Assembly: GCA_964016885.1 (NCBI GenBank)
Contig: OZ024745.1
Coordinates: forward strand, 53,258,001 to 53,322,000
Reading direction: 5' to 3'
Length of the DNA stretch: 64,000 nt
Source of the DNA: Eledone cirrhosa
Taxonomy: Eukaryota
Below, one piece after another: positions 42,457 to 60,400 of this stretch. Both the position numbers and the translations under genes were made by a program. The number at the start of each line of letters is the position of its first letter. Within the stretch, counting starts at the first letter, position 1. The notes below the pieces were generated by a model. The model was given only the letters and a program-made list of their open reading frames with translations, searched no databases and was not told the DNA's origin.

Positions 42457-45400
42457 CACATACTGCCGCTTTAACTTCACGCATTATATTCTGTTGCTTT
42501 TCTGGAATTTCATTAATTTCTAGTTCTCAATCTTATTATCACCTTTCCTTCCTCCAACAATTCTCACACTTTTCGTGTTTGTATCTCCTTATATTTTGTA
42601 GATTTATACTTTAATCATACGTCCATCTTTTTGCAATACCTCGAAAGTAATATCTTCACGATAGAAGTGACCCTTAAAACAATGAGAAGTAAACGTGAAA
42701 TAAACGTGTTAATGTAGCTTTGCTTATATATTTGCTCTTATGTTTTGAATGTATTCTCCTCTTGACGTTTCGTTAGGTATTTGAGCTGTCCATCAGGAAT
42801 AGGTACCAAGTTATCTAAGACGGTTAACCCCTGGTTGACCATATAGCTTTCAAGAGAGGCTGATGAATTTTATCTATTATTCGTTTAGTGTCATAAACCT
42901 AAAACTAATTACCGACTCTTAAATTTCATTAAGAGTTTAGAAGACATTTTTATCACTAAATTTACTATGGGACTTTAGAATGTAAAATGAATGAGACTTG
43001 TGGTGTTGTAGGATAATTAAAGAAATAAAGATGAGTTATGGACAGAAACATAAACTAATTGTTGCATTAAATTATCAAACCTGGCATTCTCTACTAAACC
43101 AAGAAACACTACAAAAACAAATCTCCGTCTAGTTTTGTGTTCACATCTTTGTCACCTTAAATGTGACACATGTAGAAATTCAGGCTGCCTTACACATAAA
43201 TCGGTCTCGTTAACATAATGATAAATGAACTTGAATAGCAAAATGTAAGGCTGAAAAGGTAGTATATTCACTGTATTACTGTGTGTGCCAATATAATTGT
43301 TAGGTTATTTTTATAGTGTCCCTTGTGAGCTCAAATTTTATGTTGTTTTAATTAGGCTTTAGTCATGGTTATTTCAATAAAATAAGTAACAATCAAGTAA
43401 TGTAAATATAAATCCCAGTCACATATATCAGTATAATACCATATACCTTTTAAGGCACTGCTCCTGTACGTCCCTGTCTCACTATTAGAATGAGCCAAAA
43501 CGGGACACTATAAAATTAACAATCTTCCTTCAAAGCACTCCTCATTGTATTACAAAAAACAATTAATACAGTTTATTTTGCAAGTATAACATGTAAAGCT
43601 TTCTCAAGTATATTTCAGAAAGCTTTCACTAAGTCCTATTAATTTTTGTTCCAGTACTAAGAAATTACATATCACTGATGCGTATTGAATATACCTACAT
43701 CTAACCACAACAGCATGATTTTTAAGACGAAATTATATGCTTTTTGTTGTTGTTTTTTTTATATTTTTGTTGGAATCGAGTCTGTTGTTGGTAGCAACTA
43801 GAATGACTTAACATCATTAAATATCATACTATCAATTCAACCAATAATATATCATTTTAATGCGATTGATACAGGATGATTCAAGGAAGATTCAACAACT
43901 TTTTCTAGCAACTCGCTCTGTGCTACATGTATGCCATTGAACTATGAGCATTAATAAAGCTCTGGCTTAAAGCATAGACATGATTGTGTAAATATTTTAA
44001 GAGTGTTTGTTCGACATTGGAAACTTTGAAGACAAAGCTGAATTACATTGGATTTTAACAATGCCACATTTTTATGAATACTTGAAATGCTATCAAATTG
44101 TGTCTCATATTTTGAATAAGTCGTTATTTTCTGTTTGAGCGTGAATGTTGAATTACCCTAAGTTCTTGTTTACAAGGAACACAGAATGTGATTTATTCGA
44201 AGAATCATAAAAACGTACACAATTATAACCAATTAAATATACTGTAACAATGTTCTTCTATTTTTATAATATTCTACACATTTACATAATTACTTTAAAT
44301 TAATTATTTTTCTATACTGTAAAATGTTTTCAAATGTATTGCAATGTTTATTAGCACAAAATATTCTTAGTAATTTTCCCGACTTTTTTTCTTTGTCAGA
44401 AACTTATGAACTTCTATGCGGTATTCTGTGTGCCTTGTAAACTTCTTTCTACTTAAGTGTCAGCCGATATTTTACAACTTGCAATATATGTACGTTTATT
44501 CATTTACTCTTTTAAATTAAGACATAAATGTGTGAGTAGGTATGTGCGTATAAGTGCATGTGTGTGGGAGGGATGTATGTATATGGGGATGCGTCTCACC
44601 AACCCTTCCATTTTGTTCATTTACATGTCACCACTATCTGCCTTCCTAACTAATGACGATCACATTGAGAATCTTGTTCTGATCACTGGTGTACGGCCTT
44701 TCCGAACTCAATGTCAGAAACGGAATACAGGATTTAGATATATCTTCCCACTTGGTACCCCGATCCGCATACGCACATACACACACGCACATACACACAA
44801 CTACGGATTGACTCGCTTATACACACATAAATACGCAGATACATACACGTTAATAATCCACACAAACCCATATAGGCACACACAGACACACAGAAACACA
44901 CATTCATAATTAAACTCCCACGCAAATGCGAAACACAAATACGCAACCGAATAGTAACACACCTACACACACATACAATCATACAGCAAACAACTCTCAA
45001 TCAGCACACAAAAACACACACATAGATGTAAGAGGACACACACACCATCTAAAACAACATATATTCCACTCCAACATACGTACCCACCCCATCACATACA
45101 TACACACACAATATAATAAAAACAACAATACGCATACTCACAAAATTCTCACATATAACAATAATAATGATAGACCTACCCACTTCACAAGGCCATCGGA
45201 ACCCCCCCCCCTCACCTACACACACACACATACATACACATACATACACACGCTCACACGCGCAGAACTAAATACCCGTCCACCCCACCTCTATTGGAGA
45301 TCATTGCATTAGCTACAAACAATTGATGCACGAGCGTATCTAACGGTGTAAGAATGTTTCAGGAATATGCTTCGGAATGCGTTAGCATTAAGCGTGCAGC

Positions 45401-45795
45401 TAATAAAGACCACCATGTGTAGATCTCTGTACCTCAGTTTGTATGCAATGTATGTGGCTGAATATATCTGTCAAAAGCTGGTTATATAAGTCACCAATGT
45501 AAGCTTAGAGAAATGCGACAGGTCAAATATAACCAATTCCTTGCAGCCAATTCGACATATGGCAGAGAAGTTTTGAATAGCTCAGGAATTCAAAACTATA
45601 TAATCATGGTCCGGATCAGATAGAAGCCGATTGATCGAAAGAGTTAATTTAGATGCATTTTGTGCAACAAAACATGGAAGTCCCCAGCAGACTTTAAAAT
45701 GCCACTGTAGGGCTCACAATATATATTTGTCAGTGATGTTCTTACACGTCTATCGAAGTGACGACCATTATATATAGGGCGGTGAATTGGAAGTA

Positions 45796-45934
45796 TCGGT
45801 AGAGGGTTGGACGCCATGCTGAGTTCAAATCCCGTCAAGGTTAACTTTGCCTTTCATCCTTACGGGGTCGCTAAAATAAAGTACTAGTAATGTACTGGGT
45901 AATTGCTGGCCTTGTGACAAAAGTAGAAATAATT
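45796..45934 (+). mobile_element. Deu/Nin-domain-type SINE (other copies at 8957-9030 and 48161-48280; decayed copies at 38060-38460 and 40330-40560 on -)
   Basis: GAGTTCAAATCCC...GCCTTTCATCCTT.CGGGGTCG.TAAAATAAAGTAC...TGCTGGCCTTGTG. Confidence 0.7.
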
Positions 45935-45945
45935 ATATATATATA

Positions 45946-45976
45946 TACTAGCATTAAAGCCCGGCGTTGCTCGGGG
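45946..45976 (+). mobile_element. Possible Helitron/Helentron-type terminus
   Basis: TACTAGC....GCCCGGCGTTGCTCGGG subterminal hairpin motif; the other end was not found. Confidence 0.35.
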
Positions 45977-46510
45977 TCAGTAAGTTACCAAGGTTAGTTT
46001 GCACCACCCATTTTATGGCAGCACTTTTTTGTCTGCCAGGCACTAGGTGAATGAAATGCAGACCTGGACTGGCGAAGCAGGAGCTGCGCCAGCAGTGACA
46101 ATTGTAGTTTCGCCTATGGTTATTATCTCTGTGCAAAGAAGTGTTGAAATTTATTGTTTCACAGTAGTTGCGCAACACGCGCGTAGACGATGCCAGCCTA
46201 ACAACAGAGCTGCGATGGAGTTGTTCTGCATGGTTGTCTAATGTGTGTTTTCTAAATTTAAGACAGTAGGGAAGGGTGTGATATGGGGGAGAGTTAGCTG
46301 CTGTTTCTAGCAGGTTTAGTGATCTCATAGAGGATATTATTATGTATAGTAAATAAACTGATACTTCTTTCTTCCACGTTCGTTGAGAGATGTTTTAAAA
46401 AAGATTTATCGCTATTTTTTTTGTTGTTGAATAAATTTATCTGTTGCTTTTGAATAATTGTTGTCATTGAAGTAAATAAATGTTTGACCGTTCCACACTC
46501 AAAAACAAAT

Positions 46511-46564
<54 letters not shown>

Positions 46565-46890
46565 CCTCTGTTCTCTCTCTCTCTCTCCTTCATTTCTTTC
46601 TCTCTTCTTTCTTCCGAGTTCCTAAAGGGAGTTTGTAAGGAGTGGCTTAAGCGTATATAAGAGAAAGTTGCAGCATGTATGTAGTTTTATCGAAGGAGAA
46701 TAGAGAGAGGAAATCAGATTGTATTGGTGGGATAAAGCGTCATGTATTTAGTTTTATCGATTATTTCCGTAATTGTGGGTGAATTGAAAGAAATAAATAG
46801 TCGTTGACCTAAATTAGACCATTTACAACATTCATACAGACTTTGAGTCGAATCGATTTCAAATTGTGCAAATGTATAAACATGGAACAT

Positions 46891-46927
<37 letters not shown>

Positions 46928-47617
46928 CAACAACAATCTGCCTTTTATAGATAATGATAAATATATATATGTATGTATTTATATATACGCACAGACACTA
47001 TAAATATGTATGCATGTATTTGTTGCCAATTTTTACCGCATTATTTGTGACACGGGTGGTTCCATTCTTCTTTGGTGAATTGTTCACTACTTTTTACCAC
47101 GCCCGACCCTCTCTTCTATTATGTAACACAATTGTATCGTACTTTCGTCTTAGTGGTACCTTTGCCGTAGGCATCTTTCTTCTTTCCGCGTCTTCTATTC
47201 TATGTGAATTTAATTGACCACATTCCTTCTTCGTCACATATTGTTCAATTTAAACGTCGAACATTTAGTTGCTTATATATTTTATCCTGGCCATATAATT
47301 TCACGTAAGTTTTTATTCGTTAGTTTTGTTTACTTTATCGTTCCTGTCTGCGTTCTGTGATGTATTTTCCTCTCGTTCGCCGTCTTTTAAAATATTTGAG
47401 TAGCGTTCAACTATCTTTGTAGACACAGTTGCCACGAATGTTTCAGCAGTACTATCACAGTTCAAACTGCGTAAGTCCATTTCGGCAACCGATGGCTACG
47501 TAGTTTATAATGTTCCTATTACCATTGTATATCATTCATATACCATTACCATCACATCGCCTATATATCCGACCCTCAAATTATGTCTCGTTTTAATTGC
47601 ATATGTTGCCAGTTTTT

Positions 47618-47691
<74 letters not shown>

Positions 47692-48513
47692 TCATAGTTT
47701 TCTTTTATAGAATATGTTCAATATGTAGTTTCGCAATTATTAAACATTTTTAACAAGTGAAATAACTTTTAAACATTTTAAAATGTTCGAAGAACATTCC
47801 AAGGTTATATAATTTGTAATAGCTTTGATTTCGTATCTATGTTATACATGAAGAATGTTTCCTTCGTCATATTAAAATTATAATGGTAATAACAACATTA
47901 TAATAATAGTGAAATGGGTGTAAGTTAGTCTGCTGAAGAAAAAGCAACGTGCTTGTTAGAATATATAAATATTGAATTTTAAAGATTTTACTATAATTTT
48001 TTATTGATCAAACGTTTAGTGTTTTTGTTGCATATATAGATTGAAATTATGGTAATTATATTAAGGTATATTTGGAGACATACATAGTGTATCGGTATGT
48101 GCCTTTTATTTTATTTTAGAAATATACATTTTTATTTGTGGAAGGAAGTGCGTATATTTGTCTGAGTTCAAATCCCGCTGAGGTTAACTTTGCCTTTCAT
48201 CCTTACGGGGTCGATAAAATAAAGTACCGGTAATACACTATGATAATTTCTGACCTGGTGCAAAAGTTTGAAACAATTAATTATGTTCATACACGAAGAT
48301 ACAGTATCTTTTTTATTCTACAGAATATTTTATCACCAGTGGTAGACAACGCACTACTTTGATATTTAAGAATTGATTTTAAGATGTATATCAAATGTAT
48401 TGGGGCCAGTATATATATGTGAGTGTGTGTGTATGTGTGTGTGTGTGTGTGTAGTGTGTCTGTGTGTGTGTGTGTTTGTATGTATGTATGTATATATATA
48501 TACATATATACAT

Positions 48514-48606
48514 GAATGTTACAGGTTCGTGTAACTGGCTGTAACCTAAAGGTACACCATTTTCTGTAATCTGACAAGCGATTGCAAGACTCTTAGCAGA
48601 ATTGTA
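48514..48606 (+). mobile_element. 3' end of the RTE-related non-autonomous family
   Basis: ATCTGACAAGCGATTG is shared with 28630-28650(-) and 55600-55670(-). Confidence 0.65.
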
Positions 48607-50210
48607 GGTCCCGATAGGTTCCCTGCTTGTGTCTTGAAGGCGTGTCAACACCAACTTGCATCTCCTCTTGCCAATCTGTGGCGGAACTCACTGGATGCTG
48701 GATATGTGCCAGAAAACCTTCTATCCCAGTCTGTTGTCCCAGTTTTCAAAAAGGGAAACAAATCCCTTGCCGTGAATTACCGTCCAATCTCACTCACCTC
48801 TCATATCATTAAGGTATTTGAGAGAGTGGTGAGATCGCGAATGACCCACTTCCTTGAGAGTAACAATATGCTGAACTCCAACCAGCATGGATTCCGTAAT
48901 GGAAGGGATTGCCTGACGCAGCTACTGCATCACTTTGATGACATTTTGAGAGCCTTGGGAGAGGGTTCCAACACTGATGTTATCTACCTTGATTTCAGCA
49001 AGGCCTTTGACAGGGTTGATCACAACATTCTACTGAGAAAGCTGTCCAATATTGGTGTCACTGGAAAGCTGCTTCCTGTCAAATAGAACCCAACATGTTG
49101 TAGTTGAAGGAGTCAAATCCAGCCCAGCCAAAGTCAGTAGTGGAGTCCCACAAGGCACTGTGTTGGGCCCACTTCTCTTCATCATCTATATTAATGACAT
49201 CACTGACATCATCAAACACAGCAACATTAAAATTTTCGCTGATGATTCCAAGCTCCAAAAGGTCATCAATGGCGTGGATGACCGGATAAGCCTTCAGTCA
49301 GACCTACTGGCTGTTACCCAATGGGCGGAAAAGAACAACATGTTACTGAACGAAGACAAATTCGAACTGATCCACTTTGGAAAAGAGGATGCTCTGAAAC
49401 TCCCGTACGCCCTTCCCTCCGGGGAAACTCTCGTGGCATCTAACAACATCAGAGACTTGGGAGTAACCGTGGACAGCAACATAAGCTGGGCCACGCATAT
49501 AAGCAGCAAAGTTGACATGGCCCGCAGAATGTGTTCCTGGATCCTCAGAACCTTCCAGTCGAGAGATTCCCGCACCATTATCCTTCTCTTCTCTACTTTT
49601 GCCCGACCACACCTTGAATACTGTTGTCCACTGTGGTCTCCCCACACGAAACAAAGTATCATGAAACTTGAAGCTCCTCAAAGGGCAATCACGAAAAAGA
49701 TAGATGGCATGTCAGACCTTGACTACTGGGGTCGACTAGAAAACCTGAAACTTTACTCACTCCAACGTCGCCGTGAGCGTTATATTATCTGCATGATGTG
49801 GAAAATGTTCCATCATCACTGCCCAAATGATGTTGGCATCGCCTTCAAGATACACCCAAGGCTTGGGCCCCGTGCTATCCGTCCCATTCAAAAATCTAAA
49901 TCGCAACTCATAACAACAATACGGCACAATTATTTCACCTCAATCGGCCCTGCTCTCTTCAACATCACACCAGGACACGTCAAAACAGAAACTGACCACA
50001 CAAAATTCAAGAAGTCTTTGGACAAATTCCTCCAAGTAATCCCGGACAAACCACCCACACCCGGATATGTCTCCGCAAACAGTAATTCTCTTCTCGAATG
50101 GGCCATGGTGCCCAAATCCTGAATTGAAAGACTTCGCTAGGTGGTGCTATTAAGTTAGACATGGCCTGGGCCAATACTGGCCAAAACATTTCAAAGTTAT
50201 TCAAAGTTAT
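48607..50210 (+). pseudogene. 5'-truncated CR1-group LINE RT with one frameshift (~49070) and an intact 3' end
   Basis: GPD, NYRPISLTS, QHGFR, YLDFSKAFDRV, SGVPQGTVLGPLLF, FADD, DLGV. The tail ends in (TTCAAAGTTA)2. Confidence 0.93.
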
Positions 50211-50321
50211 ATATATGTATATATATATGTATATATGTATAAATATATATATATATATGTATATATGTATATATATATGTATATATATATGTATATATAT
50301 ATGTATATATATATGTATATA

Positions 50322-50356
<35 letters not shown>

Positions 50357-50363
50357 ATATATG

Positions 50364-50452
<89 letters not shown>

Positions 50453-50611
50453 GTGTATATATATATGTATATATTTATATGTGTATATATATATATGTAT
50501 ATATATATTTATATTTATATATATATATATGTATGAATGCATGTATATATGTATGTATATATGTATGTATATATATATATATGTAAACCACAGACCTTCC
50601 ATCTCAACTCA

Positions 50612-50649
50612 CCTTTTGAAAAGCAGAAGAACTGCGAAACCCGTAAAGT
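50612..50649 (+). ncRNA. Hammerhead variant with U3-A8 core
   Basis: CTT-TTGAAAA-GCAG-aagaa-CTGC-GAAA-cccgTA-AAG. Confidence 0.55.
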
Positions 50650-50780
50650 AACCAAATAAATATATATATTTTTTAATAAAATAAGACTCCAGTTGCATTT
50701 TCGATTTCATCTCTTTTTCTTTATACTTTCACTCGTGTAGGACACCTCGGTTATTTTTCATTTTGTAAAAAAAACCTCAC

Positions 50781-51733
<953 letters not shown>

Positions 51734-51736
<3 letters not shown>

Positions 51737-52647
51737 TTCAGAGCATTTATTCCAATTTCTAATTTCTGCCGGACCGGCAACCGCTCTTTCAAACCAGTTC
51801 CTGTACACAGCTAAGTATTCTATAAGTCTCTAGCTGTGTCATTCTCGATAAAAGCACTGGATATGTAGTCCTGATGATTTCTAACGAGAATGAAACGCGT
51901 AGATTACTTCCCTTGCTTTTATCGAGAATCTAATTGTAATACGTGACGTATTCTATTCTATAGCGATTAGGTCTTCAAAATGTTTATTATAAACATACAG
52001 AATATTTTCGAATATTCTATGTCTATATTCACATATATATCGCTATTTCAGAGCATTTATTCCAATTTCTAATTTCTGCCGGACCGGCAACCGCTCTTTC
52101 AAACCAGTTCCTGTACACAGCTAAGTATTCTATAAGTCTCTAGCTGTGTCATTCTCGATAAAAGCACTGGATATGTAGTCCTGATGATTTCTAACGAGAA
52201 TGAAACGCGTAGATTACTTCCCTTGCTTTTATCGAGAATCTAATTGTAATACGTGACGTATTCTATTCTATAGCAATTAGGTCTTCAAAATGTTTATTAT
52301 AAACATACAGAATATTTTCGAATATTCTATGTCTATATTCACATATATATCGCTATTTCAGAGCATTTATTCCAATTTCTAATTTCTGCCGGACCGGCAA
52401 CCGCTCTTTCAAACCAGTTCCTGTACACAGCTAAGTATTCTATAAGTCTCTAGCTGTGTCATTCTCGATAAAAGCACTGGATATGTAGTCCTGATGATTT
52501 CTAACGAGAATGAAACGCGTAGATTACTTCCCTTGCTTTTATCGAGAATCTAATTGTAATACGTGACGTATTCTATTCTATAGCGATTAGGTCTTCAAAA
52601 TGTTTATTATAAACATACAGAATATTTTCGAATATTCTATGTCTATA
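51734..52647 (+). mobile_element. Retrozyme-like tandem array, ~2.95 x 310 bp, one hammerhead per unit
   Basis: GAGCATTTAT at 51741, 52051 and 52361. Units are nearly identical, with no ORF. Confidence 0.9.
51865..51907 (+). ncRNA. Minimal type I hammerhead (repeated at 52175-52217 and 52485-52527)
   Basis: GTAGTC-CTGATGA-tTTCT-aacg-AGAAt-GAAA-CGCG-TA^GATTAC; stem III is palindromic (ACGCGT). Confidence 0.88.
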
Positions 52648-52649
52648 TG

Positions 52650-52714
<65 letters not shown>

Positions 52715-52715
52715 G

Positions 52716-52788
<73 letters not shown>

Positions 52789-52789
52789 G

Positions 52790-54650
<1,861 letters not shown>

Positions 54651-54663
54651 GTATATATGTATG

Positions 54664-54702
<39 letters not shown>

Positions 54703-54863
54703 ATATGTATGTATGCATGTATATATGTATGTATATATGTATATATATATATATATATGTATGTATATATATATATATGTATGTATATATATATATGTGT
54801 ATGTATATATATGTATGTATGTATATATATAGATATGTATGTATGTATATATATATAGATATG

Positions 54864-55098
<235 letters not shown>

Positions 55099-55127
55099 AT
55101 ATGTATGTATGTATATATATATGTATG

Positions 55128-55162
<35 letters not shown>

Positions 55163-55297
55163 GTATATATATATATGTATGTATGTATATATATATATGT
55201 ATGTATGTATATATTTATATGTATGTATGTATATATATATATGTATGTATATATATGTATATATGTATGTATGTATATATATATGTATGTATATATG

Positions 55298-55356
<59 letters not shown>

Positions 55357-55506
55357 TATTAATAATGAGTTCAAATCTCAGGTAGTCCTTTACAATGAAA
55401 TAGCTCAAAGAAAGAAGTATTTCTGACCCGTGTAATACAAGTTAATATAAATTAATTAATTAATGTTGGTATTTGTGTTTATCAAATACATTAATTTATA
55501 TTAACT

Positions 55507-55560
<54 letters not shown>

Positions 55561-55597
55561 TATGTATGTATATGTATGTATGTCAATATATATATAT

Positions 55598-55900
55598 TTC
55601 AATCGCTTGTCAGATCATAGAGTTTGGTAAACTTTTAGGCTACCCCCAGCCACACAAACCTGTAACATATCCTGAACAAGCAATTCCTGTGCATTGAAGG
55701 TTTTTAAGTGAGGAAAGGTCTTGCACTCGACCAATCCCTCTTTGTGAGCATGGAAAACACTACCCGAAAAGGAAAACTAGTCAACATCATCGGATGCTTA
55801 CGAAGCCGAAGGTTTTTTTTTCAGAGGTTCTCTTTCCTAGAAAGGTGTTGGGACAACAGGGGTCCTTTCACTCCCAGGTGGAACAAAAAAATAATAATTG
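55598..55900 (-). mobile_element. RTE-related non-autonomous element
   Basis: Homology to 25600-25760 and to the CTGACAAGCGATTG tail. Confidence 0.6.
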
Positions 55901-56493
55901 GGCTGGATACCCGATCGGGCGGTCAAATCACTGGGAGTGAAAGACCCCTAGACTTTGTCAGGGGATTCTTTTAGGAGAAGGCAACTCAGGAAACTCGGAT
56001 AACTCCGACATAAAACCTGCGGCTCAGTAGTTACCGAGGATGTTGATCTTTTCTTCTTTTCGGGTTATAGCTACTGTCGCTCAGAGAGTGGGATTGGCTC
56101 AGTGCACAGCTTTTCCTCACTTTAAAAAACATTGCACGATATCTTAATTGATAATCATTAATAATGTTATATAATACAATGGCCATACTCGATAACGAGG
56201 GGGCAGCCATCATGAATATATATATGTATTTTATTTATTTATGTATGTATGTATATATGTGTGTATATATTATATATGTATGTATCTATATATATATATA
56301 TATATACATGTATGCATATGTGTATATGTATATATATATATATGTGTGTGTGCGTGTGTGTGTGTATGTATATATATATATGTGTGTGTGTATGTATGTA
56401 TATATATGTGTGTGTCTGTGTATGTATATAAATATATGTGTGTGTGTATATATATGTATATATATTTATAAATATATATATATATATTTATAA

Positions 56494-56586
<93 letters not shown>

Positions 56587-57460
56587 TATATATATGTACA
56601 GCCGGAATAGTCACAAGTGTCTTTACACTTCCTTCTTGTTTACAGTAACGCTTCTAATTCAAAAATTGTAGTTCTGCATCAAATATAGCTTAAAGATCTT
56701 AATATACGTTGTATTCTGCTTATATGCGGGTGCGTGTGTGTGCGTGTGTACGTGTGTTTATATGTGTGATTGTTTGGGAAGGTGTACTCCCATAAATCAG
56801 AGCATTTTGCATAATAACATGAATTCTGTCCTGCAGTATTTCATTGGAGTGTAGTGAAGGCAGTTTAGCTGGTGTATTTCTGCTATATATAGAACACATT
56901 CCCCTCTTAGTACCAGCACAAAAAAGAGATACGTAGAATTAAACTGTTGATTCCTTTTAGATATTTTCTGTAATAGCCTGAAATGATGCTGGGTGACACT
57001 TTTACTTGGTTTTTTCTTACTCCCAAATCAATTATTGAACTAGAGTCTATATCCTTCTTTGCAGAACCAATTACTCTTTACACCACTACCTCATTCCCCA
57101 CCAAAGATAATTTAATACTACAATAAAGCTGATACAAGAAATGATATTTCAGAGAATATATGGTTATAGAACTATTTGCTGGCATTAGATTACGATTTAG
57201 GTCTAGATTTAAGGCTCTGAGGAAGGCTGTGTGACATGATTCCACTAAAATTATGCAATAATACTCCTATGATATAAACCATGCGCATCAAAATCTTTAT
57301 GTCATGCAAACCTAAACGTTTCCACCATGCAAGATATACAAGAGGATATATTATTATATGGATATAGACAGGGAACATATATATATATATATATATATGT
57401 GTACAGTATATATATATATATATGTGTGTGTGTTGTGGTGTGTGTTTGTATATGTATATA

Positions 57461-57493
<33 letters not shown>

Positions 57494-60400
57494 GTGTATG
57501 TGTGTATGTATGTATGTATTCGTTTGTTAAGAGCGAAAACAAATTTTGCCTTATATATGTATATTTATAAACTCCAGAGTATCAACACTCACTATTTAGC
57601 CATATTAAAGTAAATATATATATATATATATATGGGGGGGGGGGGGGGTGCTATTCGAATTCAAGGCTTTAAATATTGTTCTGTATGCTCTCAAGGAAAC
57701 ACATTTTACTTATTCTCATTGTGGGACCTGTAAAATTCCCAAGGCATGCAAGGCTCAATTATTGAACATGACAAAGCTATATGTCCTTATATATAAAATG
57801 GAAGTCAACCTCAGGGGGCTTCATCATTTTCACCGTTTATATGACCGCAAACATGACCGGTAGCCACATTTTGCAATAGATAGTGGTGAATGAGTGATAT
57901 GGAGATGGTGAGCGTTGTTATGCAGAAGGGATGAAAGAGAAGTGTATTAAGAAATGAATTACTTAGAGATAGAGATGGTTATTGCAATAGATGGTCGGAT
58001 GAAGAGCTGGCAGTGTAGCGTGAGCTAGACAATTCTTTCCGAGTTTGGAGTTTGAGATATATATATATATATATTTGTGTGCGCGCGCGTGTGTGTGTGT
58101 GTGTGTGACTGTGTGTGCGGGTGTGTACACATACACAAACACGGTGATGCATTAAAGCTTACAGATACATATATAATTATCTGAAAGTCTATACATATAT
58201 AAATGTTTAAATTATGGCTTGCATACCTCAAATATATTCGCATATACGAGTCTACTTACACGTAAGCCTGCATGCTTGTGTCTGTGCCACAGTGCATGTT
58301 TGCGTACACGTCTGCACATTTGTGTGCAAACTTTCAGATCATAGATGAGAACACACTAATTCTATTTGCAATATGCCTCACAGTCTTGTACATTATTAGT
58401 GCACGACTTATAAAATTAAAAAGAACATCTGTGAATAGACAATATTGCTGACGGCTTTGCACAAGCCAGAACTTACACATCCAGATTCGCTCTCACACAT
58501 ACTTGCTCCAGTGCACTATTGCACATACACATGCTTGCACCCTCCCACACACACACAGGCACACACAGCCACTCCAACACACACATACAGACATGACCAT
58601 GCATGCACAACACGCATCTATACGTATAGAGACAGACATGGACATACATACATACATACATACATACATACATACATACATACATACATACATACATACA
58701 TACATACATACATACATACATACATACAATCACTTTCATACATTATTACACACACTAATACTCTTAGTAATTCATATTTTCTCTTATACTGGCGCGTACA
58801 AACCCACTCATTAGCGCGCATACACACATACACGCAGTCACACTCATAATTCTCTCCCTCTTGTTCACACACACACATACACACGCCTACATACACTCCC
58901 ACACATTCATACTTAAATTTACATTATTATATTCTCTGTCACACACACTCGCACACATGCAAAGTACACACAGAAACATACACACACAATCACACTAACA
59001 CATTCTCCTACGTAATCACTCACACGCACGCACACACAATTTCATACACCAACATTCACACTCTTATTTTCTCTGTCTATCTTTCTCAAACAAATACCCA
59101 AATGTTTATGTACACATACACACACTTATATTTCCACAATCCAGCTTGACAATATGTTTAAGTAATGTTGTATCTACTATTGCTATTAGTGTTGTTGATG
59201 TTACACTAATCAAATTATCTGTTTCTAAGTTCTTTGGATTCAACCTTTGATAGGAACCTTACTAAATGTTCTACCATAAAATATCTATTTTTTTATAACT
59301 CATTATTTTGGTTTGTTGGGTGAGTGAGGATATTGATTTTCTTGGTGGCTGGTTGATTGTTTGGCACGTGTTAGATTATTTGTTGTTATATTAGCTGCTT
59401 AATTTTTCTTGTGGTCTTACATGTCAAATTTTATCGAGAAAACTTATAACGAAAGGCATTAAAGTCATGGCAATATCGTTATTTGTTATTACGGTTCCTA
59501 TGATTTCAAGCATATTAGGCCATTATTTCTAGCAGAATGAGTCACCACATAGAGCTTCTCTCGCTGGTTCTGTATTTGTTTAGTTGTAGAGATTGTTCTT
59601 TAACCCCGTCTTGTGATATATCAATCAGCCGTATGAGCAAAGACATTCTAGACATGACTTCCCGTCATTTTGTCTGTGAAGTTAACTCAGAATTACATTA
59701 TACAACCGTCATTTTTTGTGTGCAGTTATCTCTGGATTATATTATACAATCGTCATTTTGTCTGTGCAGTTAAACGTATATTTCCAACATATCAAACACC
59801 TACGTAGAAATATCCACTACTCTCCAAATAGCTTTATTGTTGCCCTTGTTGTTTCGCCCCAATGACATTGGAGTATTATCAGAAACATTCAATCAGCTTA
59901 GTCTGCTTAAGATTACATTATCCAATATGACTCCTTTTTTTTTGTTGTTCAATAATATATTCTGCGATAGGTCAATAGATACAGTTACCACATAAATATT
60001 CCTTCCATTTTTTTTTTTTTTTTTGGCAAGATTTTCCGTTGATTTTTTTTTTTTTTTGTTTAGTCGGATGATTGTATATTTGATTGGCTAGGTGATATTT
60101 TTTATTAACTAGTTGGGGGCTTGGTTGATTGGTTAGTTGGGGTGGGGGCTGATAGGTTGACTAGTAGGGTAGATGGTTGATTAGATAATTTACCGAATAG
60201 AGACTCGCCCGTTTACTGTTGTTTATGTATTGGCAGGTATGATATTCCGTTTGTTTGTTGATAGGTTAGTTGGTTGACTGGCTAATTGGATGGTCAATCA
60301 TGTAAGTTGGCTAATTGTTTGTTCGTTTACCTATTTACTTGGTTTGTTTCTTTGATTGGCAGTTTGGTTAATTGATTAGTTGATCGATTGACTGTTGGAT

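Noticed and set aside
47925-47975. Additional CTGAnGA hits (also at 29897, 33902 and 42858)
   Set aside because: They lack a properly placed GAAA or the required stems, so they were not counted as hammerheads.
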